This document shows, in pieces, positions 39,856-54,003 of a DNA stretch of 64,000 bases. The notes beneath the pieces are model-generated. The model did not search any database and had not been told where the DNA came from. It was given only the letters and a program-made list of their open reading frames with translations. A program made the position numbers and the translations under genes. How positions within the stretch are numbered: position 1 is the first letter of the stretch; each line of letters opens with the position of its first letter. Origin of the DNA: Octopus vulgaris (lineage: Eukaryota); assembly GCA_951406725.2 (NCBI GenBank), contig OX597825.1, forward strand, positions 26,598,001 through 26,662,000, read 5' to 3'.

Positions 39856-42330
39856 CCTTCTTTCTGCCAACGGGTCTAATGGACTCATTTCATCTTTTTG
39901 TTTCAGTTCCTTGTTCCTTCTGTTTATATTATTTGATTCTGCTGATTTCTCGTGACACTTATTTTTTCGTGACTCATTTTTTTTTGTCAAATGGGAAATT
40001 TTCCGTATGCATATAGAAGCTAAAAAAATTCACTTTTTACATTAATTACCCTATGGGTCCATTGGACCCTCGAATTAAATTTAGACGACACTCTTGTTAT
40101 TATAAACAGAATAACCGCAGTATCAAATATTATTTTCCTAGATATTTATCAGATATAAAGTAGAGAAAATTGTATTCAATTTATTTATTGAATGTTAGAT
40201 AAAACTGGAAATATATTTATATCCCTGTAAATATGTGAGGTATTGCATCACCTTCAATCTGCTACGTTATATGGTGATGCAATATTTCTATGTGATGACG
40301 CAATTCTTACAATATATTGCATCGTCTTTCAGGAGAGTATAAATATATGAGAGAATAATATCTGCCTCTAGTCTGCTATCAAGTTGCATATAGTTCAGTT
40401 GTGCTTTCCAATATGCCTAGACGTGAAAACTTGAGTGAAGACAAAATAACGAAATTGTTATCGGAATTAGATGAAGAATGGAAGAAAGATAGTAGTGAAT
40501 CCTTGTACTGCTCTGAGGATGATGGTAAAACTGGTTGCGTGCTGGACAGCTTAGGTTCTGAGTCATCAGATGATAAAGATATAAGTATCTGCAAGCCACC
40601 CAATGATTGCTGAGTAATATGTTTTTAGAGACAGACAAGAAGTTTGGCATTCTAATCCCCTTGCTCAAGAGGCAGTAAGACTTTCATCTTACAATATTGT
40701 GCGCCAGGTTTGTGGGCCATCCCGTTTTGTTAAAAGGTCTTGTGATAGCATTGAATTATGGTTTACTATGTCTATGTTTCTTGATTATGTTTTGCTATGT
40801 TTATATTTCTTGAAGTACTTCGTAAATAGACAAATAAATGGAAGGAAATTGATCACTGTGAACTAAAGAAATTTATTGGACTAATTATCCTGGTAGGTGT
40901 TTATAAATCTGAACATGAAAATGTCACACAGTTATGGAGTCAAGATGGCCGTCCAATATTCAACACAATTATGAGCCGGGGAAAATTTCAACAAATTTTA
41001 CAAGTATTCCGTTTTAACGATGCGAGTACAAGCAGAAAAAAGGGAAGTGACGATAAACTGAAGCCTATAGGAGAAATATTCGAAATGTGAAATCAGAATG
41101 TGCAAGATGGATATGTTCCAAGTTCATGTATGACAGTTGATGAACAACTAGTTACATTCAGAGGGCCCAGCCCATTCCGGATAAATATTCCTTCAAAATC
41201 AGGGAAATATAGAATTAAAATTTGGGCAATATGCGGCAGTGAAACATCTTTCGCCTGGAAAAGGGAAATCTACACTGGAAAAGACACAGTTAAAGGGAGA
41301 GTACAAATCAAGGTCCACGAGTTGTTGAAGACCTAGTAAAAGAACTTGAGAATACTGAGCGCAATATAACTTGTGATAATAGTTTACACGTCTAGGATTG
41401 GCTCGAAAGCTACAAGAAAACAACTTTAGTTGGAACAATTAGAAAGAACAGAGTTAAACTTCCAAGAGCTTTTACAAATGGAAAAGAAAGAGAAATGAAC
41501 GGCACAATATTTGGATTTCAAAAAGATTCTCTGATCCCATCTTATTGTCCTAAGAAAAGGCATGTAGACATAATTGTGAGTACAATGCACTCTCAGCCAT
41601 CAATTGATTCAAAACCTTCTGAAAAGAAACCTAAGTTACTACATGTTACAAGAAAACAAAAGGAGGAGTAGATACTCTAGCTAAGATGGTAAGGACGTAC
41701 GCTTGCAATAAAAAAGACTCGAAGTTGGCCTATGATGATATTCTACGACATGATTGATATAAGCGCAGTGAATGCATTCATTGTTGCTAAACAGGTTCAC
41801 TTGCGAAGTTTCAAGGATAGAAGAAGGCAATGCCTAATTCAGTCAGGAAAGGAATTTGCTGGAGTTAATGCTTTAGAATAACATGACATACCATCTTCTA
41901 CTTCCGCTAACAGTTATCAACCACACAAGAAAATACTATTTTCAAACATATTCGAGATTCCTCAGCCAAAGAAAAAGGCTGATGTTCTTTGTGTGCCTCC
42001 CCCCCCCCCAAAAAAAAGACAGGAAAACATGTACTACATGTAAGAATTGTAATATTCATGTTTGCCAAGAACATCCCTATGGTGTCTGCATTCACTGCCA
42101 TGAAGACCTGTAATCCTGTATTTTTTTTAAACATTTATAATATATTCCGTAAGCTGTATCTTTTTTTAATAAACATTTGTGACTAACAGTAATTCTTCAT
42201 GGACCTGATATCATATATAGTGTAGCTAAGAAATAATGGTAGTTAGAATAAAAATTAATTAAAAGAAAAATATTAGGTCCATTGGATCCAGTTGGTAATT
42301 AGTGACAGGTTTTCTCTGGTATACCAAGGT
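39856..42330 (+). mobile_element. piggyBac transposon, near full-length, decayed
   Basis: TTAA at 39852-39855 and 42331-42334; ends 'cctt' / 'aaggt'; palindromic subterminal motif gggtccattggaccc at about 39872, 40055 and 42276. Confidence 0.88.
40413..42113 (+). pseudogene. piggyBac (PGBD4-like) transposase pseudogene
   Basis: Acidic N-terminus, MTVDEQLVTFRG, ITCDN, KTKGGVDTL, RSWPMMIFYDMIDISAVNAF and C-terminal CxxC-CxxH-CxxC cysteine-rich domain; multiple stops and frameshifts. Confidence 0.92.
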
Positions 42331-42492
42331 TTAATGACTTGAGCATTATCCTAAATTAAAGCATCTCCCAAGACCTGGGCTACTCTTGAAATTAGGTGTG
42401 TACTTTCTAATCCCAAATTTCAAAAAGTAATGAATAATTTTATATGTGATGATTTATTACGATTGGTATATCGACCAAAATTATTTCTAACC

Positions 42493-42755
42493 ATTCTGTG
42501 GTGTCTGGGGAGAGTCATTTTATTTTGGTGCCTTATGATATAACACACTCACCAATAATATTTCCACTTATTTCTTATTTTTATTTTCCTAACATTTTCA
42601 ATAGTCTTGGCTCGAGTCAAGACTATTGAAAAAATTGCAAGACGCAACGAAAATGTTGGGAAAATAAAAATAAGAAATAAGTGGAAATTTTACCGGTGAG
42701 TGTGTTACATTATAAGGCTCAAAAAGAAAATGACTCTCCCCAGACACAACAGAAT
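42493..42755. mobile_element. Fold-back non-autonomous element with ~105-bp arms and a central hairpin
   Basis: 'attctgtggtgtctggggagagtcatttt' / 'aaaatgactctccccagacacaacagaat'; centre 'ttttcaatagtcttggctcgagtcaagactattgaaaa'. Confidence 0.85.
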
Positions 42756-43203
42756 ATGCCTCAACACACGAACTCATATAAAGAATCTTGCAAACCAAAT
42801 CCAAAGACGAAATATATCTAACAACATTCATAAAAACCTCCAAAATGTAGTCACAGTGAATATTGTTACATGCAATGCACTATGTCTCAAATTCTTTTTA
42901 TATGTAAGCGTGTTCCTTCCAAACTGAACGTGTTTGAACCAAGCGCAACTATTTCATAGTATTCTTAATAACATGGAAATCTTTTTGCATCGCACTGCTT
43001 CAAATCGAAATGTCAGTTTTGACTGTGTTTTATAGATAGTTCAAGTGTTAAGTTCTAACGTTTCAAACTAATGCCATACATCCGAAAACATGTATATTTT
43101 GGATATATTAATAGTACAGTCTATTTCCGTTATTCGCACTATTTCTTATATAAATCCTTTTTGTGATGAAGTGTAAAATGAGGTCATACAAATATTTAAA
43201 TAC

Positions 43204-43242
<39 letters not shown>

Positions 43243-43564
43243 TTCATAAGAAAACCGTAAATTACAACAACAACAACATCCATATGATATGATTCATATA
43301 GTCGTTTCTTTCCTATCATTTTATTCTCCACACATAAAGCCGAGTAATGTACTACTATCAGAAATTGAAGCGCGTACTGGAATATAAATTACGAAATAAG
43401 CTCTTATTGTATAGGAATAGAAATCATTAATTATCGCTCTTCTTATTTCTTTTTCCATCAATTCTTCCTATTCAGATAGAGCCCAATATATCGATTGTGT
43501 GAAATAATTGAATAATGTGATTTTTAACTTTCATTCAATCTAGCCTCCAAATATTCATAAACTT

Positions 43565-43594
43565 AACATATCTTACATACATATGTACATACGT

Positions 43595-43635
<41 letters not shown>

Positions 43636-43902
43636 TATGTATATACATATAAATATACATATATAAATATGCATATATATATATATATATATATAAACAT
43701 ATATATATATATACGTATATATATCAATATACGTACATCTATATATATAAATGCAGATACAGGCATACATATATATATATATATGTACATATATATATAT
43801 ATATACACATATATATATACGTATATATATATATGGAAAGAAATGTATATATATAATTATATATATATATATATATTTTGATATATGCTTATATATATAT
43901 GT

Positions 43903-43943
<41 letters not shown>

Positions 43944-43945
43944 CA
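43565..43945. repeat. Degenerate (TA)n/(TACA)n microsatellite
   Basis: Direct reading. Confidence 0.95.
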
Positions 43946-44875
43946 ACTCCCCGTCACTCTGTATGAACATATTTGGACATATATACATGTACACTCACTT
44001 AATACATACATGTGTATATGTGTATATATGTATGACGCTGTGCCTGTGTGTGCACGCCCGCGTGCGTATAAATATATGTACGTACGCAATTGTCTGTTAT
44101 TGCGTGGGGTAGCAACACAATAACAGAATGAATATCAGATGAGGATTTTCAGGGAATCAAATTCATAGCTTTGTTGGGATTTAAGCCATAATTATTTATT
44201 ACTAAAGATTGCTTTCATTTGCATATATGCATGTATATTGGATTCAAATCCCTTCCATGAAATATCATTCACATACGCATTTATTTTTATACTTTGCAAG
44301 CTATTAATGTGGATAAAGTATGGAACGCACAAGAAAGATGCTGTTTATATTGATGAATATATAGTTGATAAGATCCGTTATTGCACCATCCTTTTATTTT
44401 CTCCGCCCCTATTTAGGCAGTCATCTGAAATATAAGAACGATATAAATTTACTTAAAAGACAATTATTAAACAATATTCGATAGCTATGGACACTTCTTC
44501 GACTACCTGTAAAGAACACCGGGTATAAATATAAATGCATTATCAAGTACTTCTTGAATTAGATAAATCATTTCTCTATTCTTCGATAGTGTTTAGGCTT
44601 CGACACACCCGTATTAAAAATTTTCCAGTTAAATATATACACTGTCTTAGGTATATACTTGATGTTTTTTTTTTTCCATTACGGTGATAAAGTAATACAT
44701 TTTGGTAAATATCAATTTTATTTATTCTCGTGGACCGCCACTCTCATTTAAAAACGTGGTTGGTACATTTCAAGTTTACTCTCATCATGATAACAAGGCT
44801 CTAAAAACAAATTCTCAATGAGTATACTACATATATAAATAAATAAATGTACGTATGCATTCACACACACATATA

Positions 44876-46350
44876 CTAGCAGAAACTCATGTCATTGGGT
44901 TGGAATAAGCTGCCAAAATTTTACTAATGATGTTGAAAGTTATTCCCTGTCTTTTGCATTGTCCACTAGTAACTCCCAAGTTCAGAGTTTGAAAGTTATC
45001 ATGATGAGAGTAAACTTGAAATGTACCAAACACGTTTTTAAATGAGAGTGGCGGTCCACGAGAATAAATAAAAGAAATGGTAGTTAACTTTCATGTAGAT
45101 GATAGAGCTCTGGTTTCCGGCAAATATTATCATGGGTGCATATAATCGTCTGATCTATGAGTTATAGTGTTTCAGGGTATAAATGAAGCTAATTTCGCAC
45201 AGACTTTGGTTTATGTCTTGTACAAGATAAGTAAATAAAAATTCGTGGAAAAGTAAAAACATATGTAACATAATTTATTGTACTTAAGTATACAACAAAC
45301 CAAAACACAAATAGCTTTTCTTAGACGAGCATAGTGTGACGTTGACAACATCAATTCGAAGTTATTAATCATTCTGCAAATTGTAGTTTGTTGATACCAT
45401 GGTAAAAACTTACTTATAGACAAATTTTGGGCTTACCACTAGGGGCAAAGCTGCAAAGATTGTTCTTGCTACCCACTATGGATGTCTCTCAACATGAAAC
45501 TGACCGTGTGAGAAATAATCCTCTTCTAATTACACATCAGCAACTTTCAAACTCTGAACTTGGGAGTTACTAGTGGACAATGCAAAAGACAGGTGTATTG
45601 GGAATTGAAGTCATTTGAACTCGAAGGGCATATTGGAAGATATTAAAGTTAAGAGAAGAATAAAAACATCTTCACCTTTTCCGCAGCCAGAAATTATTAT
45701 GGCTTGCTTGATATTACTCATTAATTTCTTAACAAATCCTGTATCATTGCACAGCTGTGAATGAAAACGGTTGCACAGAAGCATGATTGGAGCCATTATT
45801 TCCAATGGAAGGCAATGAGGAGCTGCTCGTAGTGGTTGCAGTGAGCTTAGGAATTCAACCGTGTAATTAACCATTTCCAATTCATGAACAACAAAGTCTA
45901 TGTTAAAAATGTCTTGAGTCTTTCATATAAATTACTCACAATAACCTTCTTTGGTGCCATAGAGTTCAATCGGACAATCAAGCAGCATTTGTGTAATTCG
46001 AAAATGTACCTGAAAAAACTCTTTCAATAAGTTCTTTCATCGAGATGACCAGGGTGCAGAATTTTCGTGTATTCAAGTCATCTTCATGTTTTGATATCTA
46101 GTCTTCCTTCTCCAAGGTGCAAAACAGTATGGGTCACTTGTTCCTATAGATCCCCATGCAAATGTGCCCTCATATTTTTTCCATAAAATAGAAGATTTAA
46201 AGCATGGTTTCAATTTATCCCCATGTGTTCACTTGGGAATCACTGGCAAAGTTTTCTGAAATCACCTGATATTACTACTGTCACACTTCGCATCAAACAA
46301 TTGGAATTGCGCAAATCCTGCAGCATTCTGTCAGCAGCTTCTACTGATTT
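44876..46350 (-). mobile_element. Helitron 3' portion: Pif1-type helicase pseudogene and CTAG terminus
   Basis: SGDFRK (cf. GDFRQ), VEFLSSL...APIMLL...LCN...[17 protein letters not shown] (cf. SQGQSL), FSHGQFHV (cf. FSHGQLYVA); minus-strand end 'ttctgCTAG|t' at 44876. Confidence 0.85.
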
Positions 46351-46429
46351 ATTTTATGGGACTTTATGTCCCTTAGGCAGGCCATATATTTTTAATTTGG
46401 TTTAATTTAGTTTCCCAGCAACCTCCTCA

Positions 46430-47990
46430 AATCGGGCAAACGTGCCCTGGTAAAACCACTACAGAGTTTTCTTGCAAATGGCTAGCTGCCAAAGAAACTG
46501 AAGGAAGGAGTAATATATCTAATCCATAAAGGAGGAACCAGGGCTGATGCGAAAAATTATAGGCCTGTGTCATGAAACGAACAGTCAAAGGGAATCTAAT
46601 CGCATTACTTGAAGGAAACGATTTGCTGAGTGATACCCTGCATGGTTTTCGTCAAGGTTGGGGCCTGATATAGCTATGTCAGCTACAAATGCTGATATAG
46701 CTCCTACAGCACTGGGACTGGGTGTTGAAGTAGCTAGTCGACAACTCAAATATGGACGTCATATAACTTGACTCTGCAAAAGCGTTTGATAAATTTTGGT
46801 CAATGTATGATATGCCATGAACTGTGCAATTTTGGCATAGCTGGAAAACTTGCTGAGTCCTTATATGACTTTCTGAAACACAAGTCAATCAGTGGCGGCC
46901 AATAGAGCCATATCAAAAGAAACACAAGTAGTGAGTGATATTCCACAGGACACTGTATTGGGACCATTGCTTTTCATATTGTCCCTTTCAGCTATGGCCT
47001 CCGCTGCTCGGATAACCTCCGTTGCTAGCTACGCAGACAATACGAAATTCTCGCAGGGAATACAAATTCTTAGCGATGTTGCACGCCTGCAGCGGAGGTT
47101 GGATGTATATTTACAGATTGGCTGAGGACAATAATATGCAGTTCATTACTGGAGAATTTCATGCCTCTGCGCACCAAAACTGAATGAAAACCTTAAAGAG
47201 TACACTGGTCTGGCGGGGATTACAATCCCAGAACCTTAATCAGTGTGTGACATGAGTATCGAGTGATGATATGTCTTTTCCAACTGCACATTACCAAAAT
47301 GGTGACAAAGTGCAGACGAATGGCTGGATTCTAAGAACTTTCAAATCCAGTGTGGCGGAAGCCATGATGGTCCTCCGGAGGACATTCGTCTTCATGCGCC
47401 TGGACTACTACTCCCAACTAAGGTCACAATACTGTGTAAATTTAACGGCAGCCCTTGAAGCAATCCAGCGAAGCTTCACAAAGAAGATTGTCTCATTACA
47501 ACAGCGCAGCTAGTGGGAAAAGCTGAAAAAGCTAAGACTCTATTTCTCCCTGGAGTAAAGGCGGAAGAGATATGCAGTATTAGACATCTAGAAGTTTCTG
47601 TAAGGGATTGTGTAACACTTTGGCATTGAAAGCAACAGAAATGCCAGAACGGGAAACCACTGCACAGTGCCAAAGATGTAAACAATGCCGTCGCGCTTCA
47701 GGAACACTCATTGCAATATCCTGAGTTTCAAGGGTCCACAGTTTTTAACATTCTCCCAAAACGCCTGAGGGACGTACACAAAGTGGATGCTTTCAAATCA
47801 AAACTGAATCTGGTCCTGTCGAGAGTCCCAGATGAACTTACCTTGCGTCAGGAGGCACAAATGAGCGCAGCAACATCAAACTCCCTTACTCACCAAGTGC
47901 GACATATCGGATGAGGCTCTCAATAATAACAATGTAGGAAAACGGCAGGGCCCCAGAATGGCCGCAGCTTTGAGATGAAACCGATAAGAA
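46430..47990 (+). mobile_element. CR1/L2-type LINE, 5'-truncated RT region and 3' end
   Basis: NYRPVS, HGFR, DVI*LDSAKAFDK, IPQDTVLGPLLF, SYADNTK, WAEDNNMQF, GWILRTF, LEAIQRSFTKKI in order; many frameshifts. Confidence 0.9.
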
Positions 47991-48253
47991 AAGTAGTATG
48001 TTAAGCCGACGAAAATTATAGCTCTTAACCTTTCATTTACATTTGGAATGCGATTTTATAAATATTGGGAAATGACCAGTAGCTCCCTTCAGAGGGCTGC
48101 TAGAAAGTCTGGTCCATTTCCATTGCCTTCGTCGTGAAATTTTAAACATGAATTTGACTTTACTTTCTATATCAACGCTGCATTTTTCCTTCTTATAGAC
48201 AGACAGATCGATAGACAAACAGTCGGAAAGACATACACGCGCATTCATTTTTG

Positions 48254-48292
<39 letters not shown>

Positions 48293-49006
48293 ACCCTTTC
48301 CCTATTCTTCTTCTCTCCCCTTCACCGTTCCCTCTCTGTCTCTCTCTCTCTCTCACTCTTCCTCCTTGACTCGTTGCTGACACCTGACGAAATGTCATCT
48401 ATCTTTCTCTCTTCTACTGGCATCCTAAAGACAATACGTGATTTTACCTGTTTCTTCTCAAATCTCGTTTTCTAGCGTTCATAATATTCACATCGTCTTG
48501 GCTTGACAGCCCCCACCGTTTATTTTTACTGTTTTATTCTCACTGTCCCGTTTTTGTTAGCAATTTCACCCTCCGCAAAGAAATTCCAAATGATATTTAA
48601 TTTGCTTTGCGGGAAGGACTGCTTTAACGAAGTCGCGTATTGTCCTACCGTCGAACGCGGAGTAGATGAAACGGGACAACTGTTGAAGGGAATGTTCTTT
48701 ATGTTGCATATCTTATTTCTCTGTTTATTCCGTTGTTTGAAAAAAGTTTGTTTTCAATGTTTTTGTTTTTGTGCTTTCGTTTCTCATTGTGTCTACGTTT
48801 TTTTTCAGGTCCTGTACACATTTATGCATGCATATAGAGATATAAATGGAGGTATGTACATATATGTATATATATATATAGTCATATATTTATATATTAT
48901 TTATATTATAATAAGATCGAATGCCATGCATCCTTTTCCAAGTAAGTTTTATCTATCCACCTATCTGTCTCTTTCTCTCTCTCCTCCTCCCTCCCTCTCT
49001 CTCTCA

Positions 49007-49050
<44 letters not shown>

Positions 49051-49526
49051 GCTTTTTTTCCATTTACGAAAACCACCAACAAAATATTCTTTGTAAAGGA
49101 AATCAACTGACAGCCACTGCAAAGAAGTTGCGAAAGGGTAAGTAACCCATTAGAGTGGAAGCCATCACGATTCCAGTGACAATATTTCGACAAAAATTCC
49201 TGGATTTATGCAATAACATTATGCAATGAAGGAACACTTTATACAGGTTGATTGATATCTATATTCGCTATTGGTTCTGACAATTGATGAAATTCGGAAG
49301 GGAATCTGCTGGGAAATAGCCGCTCCAAGCAAAGTATAATTACCATTTGTTTCAGATTTGACGTTTGTACATGAATAAATTCCAAAATGTTTAGTGGCAT
49401 TTTTTTCGGATTTCATATATATACGATGCAATGCAATTGTAGAATTCTTAGCAATTTAGCAATAGGAATTATCTATATACGTATATGTACATACGTATGT
49501 ATGCATACAAACATGCATGCATATAT

Positions 49527-49567
<41 letters not shown>

Positions 49568-49584
49568 TAGTTATACCTAAATAC

Positions 49585-49621
<37 letters not shown>

Positions 49622-49639
49622 CATACAAAAATATATATA

Positions 49640-50250
49640 CATACAAGATGTTCCTAGAGTGTAAACGCATACACTACAAAGTGTGTTGTGTCCAAGGGAG
49701 GCTGCGCCTCCTGTCCATTCTACTGTATTTTCAAGCATACGAGCAACCTATCCATGCGTAGTCGTTTTCGTATGCTGAGTGCATTCCCTCCAAGTCTTCT
49801 CTGGTGTAATATAACCCACCTGCTTTGGGGCCTTATAGGAGATCATCATGAAGGGAGTGCTTCTTGATGAGCTATTTGCCAACTCGTAGAATGTTGCTCA
49901 CTTCATTTCGTAGTACTGCATTTATGTAATTATTTTGGCTGCTGTTGTCCAGCAGGTGCAGCCTGAGTGATATCATAAGGTATTCGATGGTCGACTTCAC
50001 TGATCTCAGGCCTCTACCACCTTCATTTCTTCTTAGTTACAACCTGTCAACATCATTATTTCTGTGGAAGTTCCCAATTGTCAGGAATTTTCGGGTTTTG
50101 ATATCTATAGAGTGGGATTCCTCTACAGAGCAATCAAGTATCCCAATTGTTGGGATCAGCACTAGCACTGCAAATGCTTTGTGGGATTCGGTTTTGTTTT
50201 ATGAGGAGAGTTCCGACTGTCACATTTTCCTAAGTTGGTGTAATATTCTT
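49640..50250 (-). mobile_element. R4/Dong-like non-LTR fragment (post-RT region)
   Basis: Minus strand AFAVLVLIPTIGILDC and DVDRL*LRRNEGGRGL (cf. DVDRLYLPRKEGGRGL). Confidence 0.75.
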
Positions 50251-50292
50251 GGTTCATTCTACATTTATTCACAGTATCTCTATATGCTACAC

Positions 50293-50447
50293 ATGTATGT
50301 ATGTATGTATGTATGTATGTATGTATGTATGTATGTATGTATGTATGTATGTATGTATGTATGTATGTATGTATGTTTGTATGTACGTATGTATGTGTGT
50401 CTGTATGTTTCTATATACATGTACATGTATATATATATATATATATA
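50293..50447. repeat. (ATGT)n/(TA)n microsatellite
   Basis: Direct reading. Confidence 0.95.
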
Positions 50448-53400
50448 AATAAACCAATACGTTTGAATGTTCCCTACAGTGATTGAGATCTATGTTGATT
50501 TTAATGCACACTGACCTCTGACCTGCGCGTTACCTTCACTGCAACTTAAACGTAAAAAGTTCTCAATATCTCCTTACTCGCATTGAAGAGGGCTAACAAA
50601 GTTGGTCGTCCTACATTTTGTAATCCATTCTTTTAATTAAGTTTTGATCAGCTGATTGAAACTTTTTTTCTGCTTGCATTATTTGTAATCGAACTATTCA
50701 TCAATAAAATGCTGTATAATATTTGAAACATCTGTTGTGAATTTTCATCATGCCGACTATAAAACTGACATTGGAATGTGAACCTCATGTGTCTATGTAT
50801 ATGCATATATGAAGAAATATATCTGTGGTACACATACGTATCTGCTAAACTCACCCTTTCCTGGTGTCCTGAATATTACAATACCTTGATCATTAAGAAT
50901 ATTTTAACTGATCATATATATAAGTGTGTGTGTATGTGTGTGTGAGTGTAATTTTGTGTGTGTGAGTGTAATTGTGTGTGTGTGTGTGCGTGTGTCTGTA
51001 TATGTGTAAATGTAAATACATAAGATATAAAATTTGTATGTGTGCTTATATAGATATACCTACACACCCACAAACACAAAAACACACACATATATGCATC
51101 AATGCACCACTTGACAAATTAATGATATATTTACAGGATTGCTGTGTTGTGTTGCAAAAACACTTTGAGAAAATAACAGTTTGTTGGAGTTATTAAACAT
51201 GTCATGAAATTTTGCGTTGATAATGGTTTGTGGATCACCAAGAAATTACTTATTCCATCATGTAAATATGCAGCTCTCTGTTCATGTCAGCCTTCAAAGT
51301 TGTAATCTGACACTGAATTACTTTTCTGGTTGTGTATTGCATTGTCTAAGCCAATGAGTTTTCTTGTCAGATGTACACAGTGAACCACACGTAAAACTTT
51401 TAATAGATGTTACATGTTAACAAAAACATTTCCCATACGTTTAATTCCTCAATCTCAAGGTAATATGTTCGATAATGAATTCCTAGAAATATCAATTAGT
51501 ATTTCCTATCATGACACATTTCTGCATTTTCTGTATATTGGTGTGCTTCGACCAATAATGGTAATGATCCTACCTAATGACGTGTGCGTTACTGAGATTT
51601 TTTATATTTTGATGAATAATGTCTAACTAACTGAAATGGAGGTTAAATTCATTCTTTTTCAGTTGCTTGGATTACTTACGTTTCAAGATGTTGCATGTGT
51701 AATAATGCTATAATAATATATGTGTATATAATGCTATAAGATTTTCGGAACTCTAATGTAAATCATATTCAGTAAATTATACAAAAGCGAGCCGCACAAA
51801 ACTCATGAAGTACATTGAATTTTCCTGAATCCTTTCGGTAGAGAACGAAACCCGCATATAAACTATACAATAATCAATACTTGTTAACCATCACATGTTT
51901 TAGCTGCTGATATTTTTAGATTATAATATAGGTTATTTGGAAAATTTTCACAAGCACTAAGTCGTATGCGTATAACATAAAATATTGCAATAGTAATTGT
52001 ATTATAGACACACATATAATAAATGTCCATCTTATACTATCCATGTAAGGAAGATATCCGCCATGTCTTATGCATTGCTAAATTTTCACTTGAAATAGTA
52101 TAGTATTTAAAACGCACCAGTGTCTGTGAAACTCATAAATACTAATCCTTCCCTAGTATTTAGAGAAATGTTTTCTCTCAAGTTTGCAGCTCATTGTAAA
52201 TGAAACGCCAAATTACATTTAACTTCCATATAATTTTACTACTTTACACAATGTTTTACATAATCTTAAAAGTTTCGAAAACATCGTACATTAAACATGG
52301 CAATATGTCACACTAATGGCTTCTTGGATTGCTTCATTAAGCAATTATGTCTATATATATGGTGCACTTATTATAATTGTGTATAATAAGAGTTGGTTGT
52401 TTCATATATCAATGGACTATCATTAAGATGATCATTGAATAAACGGATCAACAGAAATCTATGATATGATATTGATACACGACCACTGTAGTAGACTTGC
52501 TGCAGCACGTGATTATGTGGTTTAGTTTCAGGAAAACATTACAAAAGGTTCCCAATTGCGAAAATAACTCAATGTATTACCATCCTACATTTTCTATATT
52601 GTTAGGCTAAATTATATAATGTGATACACATATAATAGAACAAGAAATTGTAACGTGGCAGCTTCACTGCTATTTCGGAAAGTTATGAGAAAATGGGAAA
52701 ACGTGCCTTGGATAATTCAAATCAGATTTATGGTTATATAATATTTTTAAAACAATGCAGCATTATGTAATATGTGAATATGATAGAAACCCCCAGATGT
52801 AGTAAAGTAAGGTGGATGATATAAGGCTGCATTGCCGCAGGAATATACTTCGTTCGCTGTTCAAATAATCATATCACTTAGAATTGTCCATAAATGATAA
52901 AACCCAGTCTAAAATAAAGTATATACAATATCTGCAGAAAGTATTAAGAAACAGAATGCAAAATGTATGTAAAATATTGCAAAAGTCGAAGGATATAAGT
53001 AACTCATGATCTTATACTTGTTTGCAATGTATCGAGGAAAAAATTATCTACTTTTAGTTTAGACTGAGTTTATATATCACAAACACAAAATCCCATGAAA
53101 CAGTGGAAATTGAGAGGTTAGCTTGAAATTGAGCTGTTAGCTTGAACAACAACGCTGTAAATAGGTATTATAGATATATCTTCATGCAAGAAAGAATTCA
53201 TCCCCATCCCCCAAATTTTTTACGAGTTTCGGGAATGACATTTCCACGCTAAAGAAGGGAAATTAGCGTTCCTCACCTACATGCGTTCCTTAACCTACAT
53301 ACTAAATAGAAACAAATATTTAATTGAATACATCGTAATTGCTAAATTATTTAAAGAAATAATCTTATAAAATAAGCCATAATTATTCGTAAACTGTGTA

Positions 53401-54003
53401 ACATAATAAGAGGAAAATGACTCCCGTTTGAAAAGCGGTAAAACATAGTAGACCTTATAGTTAATAACAATCGGGTTAAATTTTCGTTTGTAACAGAGTA
53501 CGTCTACCTAAATAAAAATTTAATATGAATGCTTGTATGCTTTTCTCAGACAAATGATGTGGGCATAATCATTATCAACGGTAGTTTCGATATGCTCCTA
53601 ACCATATCAAATCTATATAAGCAAGAGTTAAAGAATGAATAAACAGAAGTAGAAAAATATTCACCTTACAAAATTGTTCCGATCCGCTAAAGTACAGTAG
53701 CGGCCATAATATAACGGTCAGTAAGAACATGTCTATTGAAATAGTTTATTATAGAAGATTAACAACTCGTTGAGACAAGATATTCGACATATATTTAGAT
53801 ATATTTAGAATCTATCTTTCATGAAAATTTCAAGTAAATGGAATTAATATTTTGTAAGTTATGAGAAAATAAACAATCACTTAGAAAAAATGAACTACTA
53901 ACCGATGTGTTTGTTGTTTGCAAGACTTCTAATGAGGTCACAGTTTCTTCTTATGATCTTACATTATTGGAAAATTCAACTGTCAACTTGGCGGCTTGTG
54001 AAA

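Noticed and set aside
48300-48800. ORF 48503..49096 (197 aa) and 'tgacacctgacgaaatgtca' ribozyme-like string
   Set aside because: The ORF is low-complexity and runs through microsatellites. The motif lacks stems II and III. Probably a dispersed repeat, but it cannot be classified.
49098-49143. Possible plus-strand microexon of about 40 nt ending at g/gtaagt
   Set aside because: Isolated splice-like signals are expected by chance in 64 kb; needs RNA-seq.
50849-50875. Possible minus-strand 14-nt microexon (ttcag/GACACCAGGAAAGG/gtgagt)
   Set aside because: Not frame-preserving, weak polypyrimidine tract and no partner exons.
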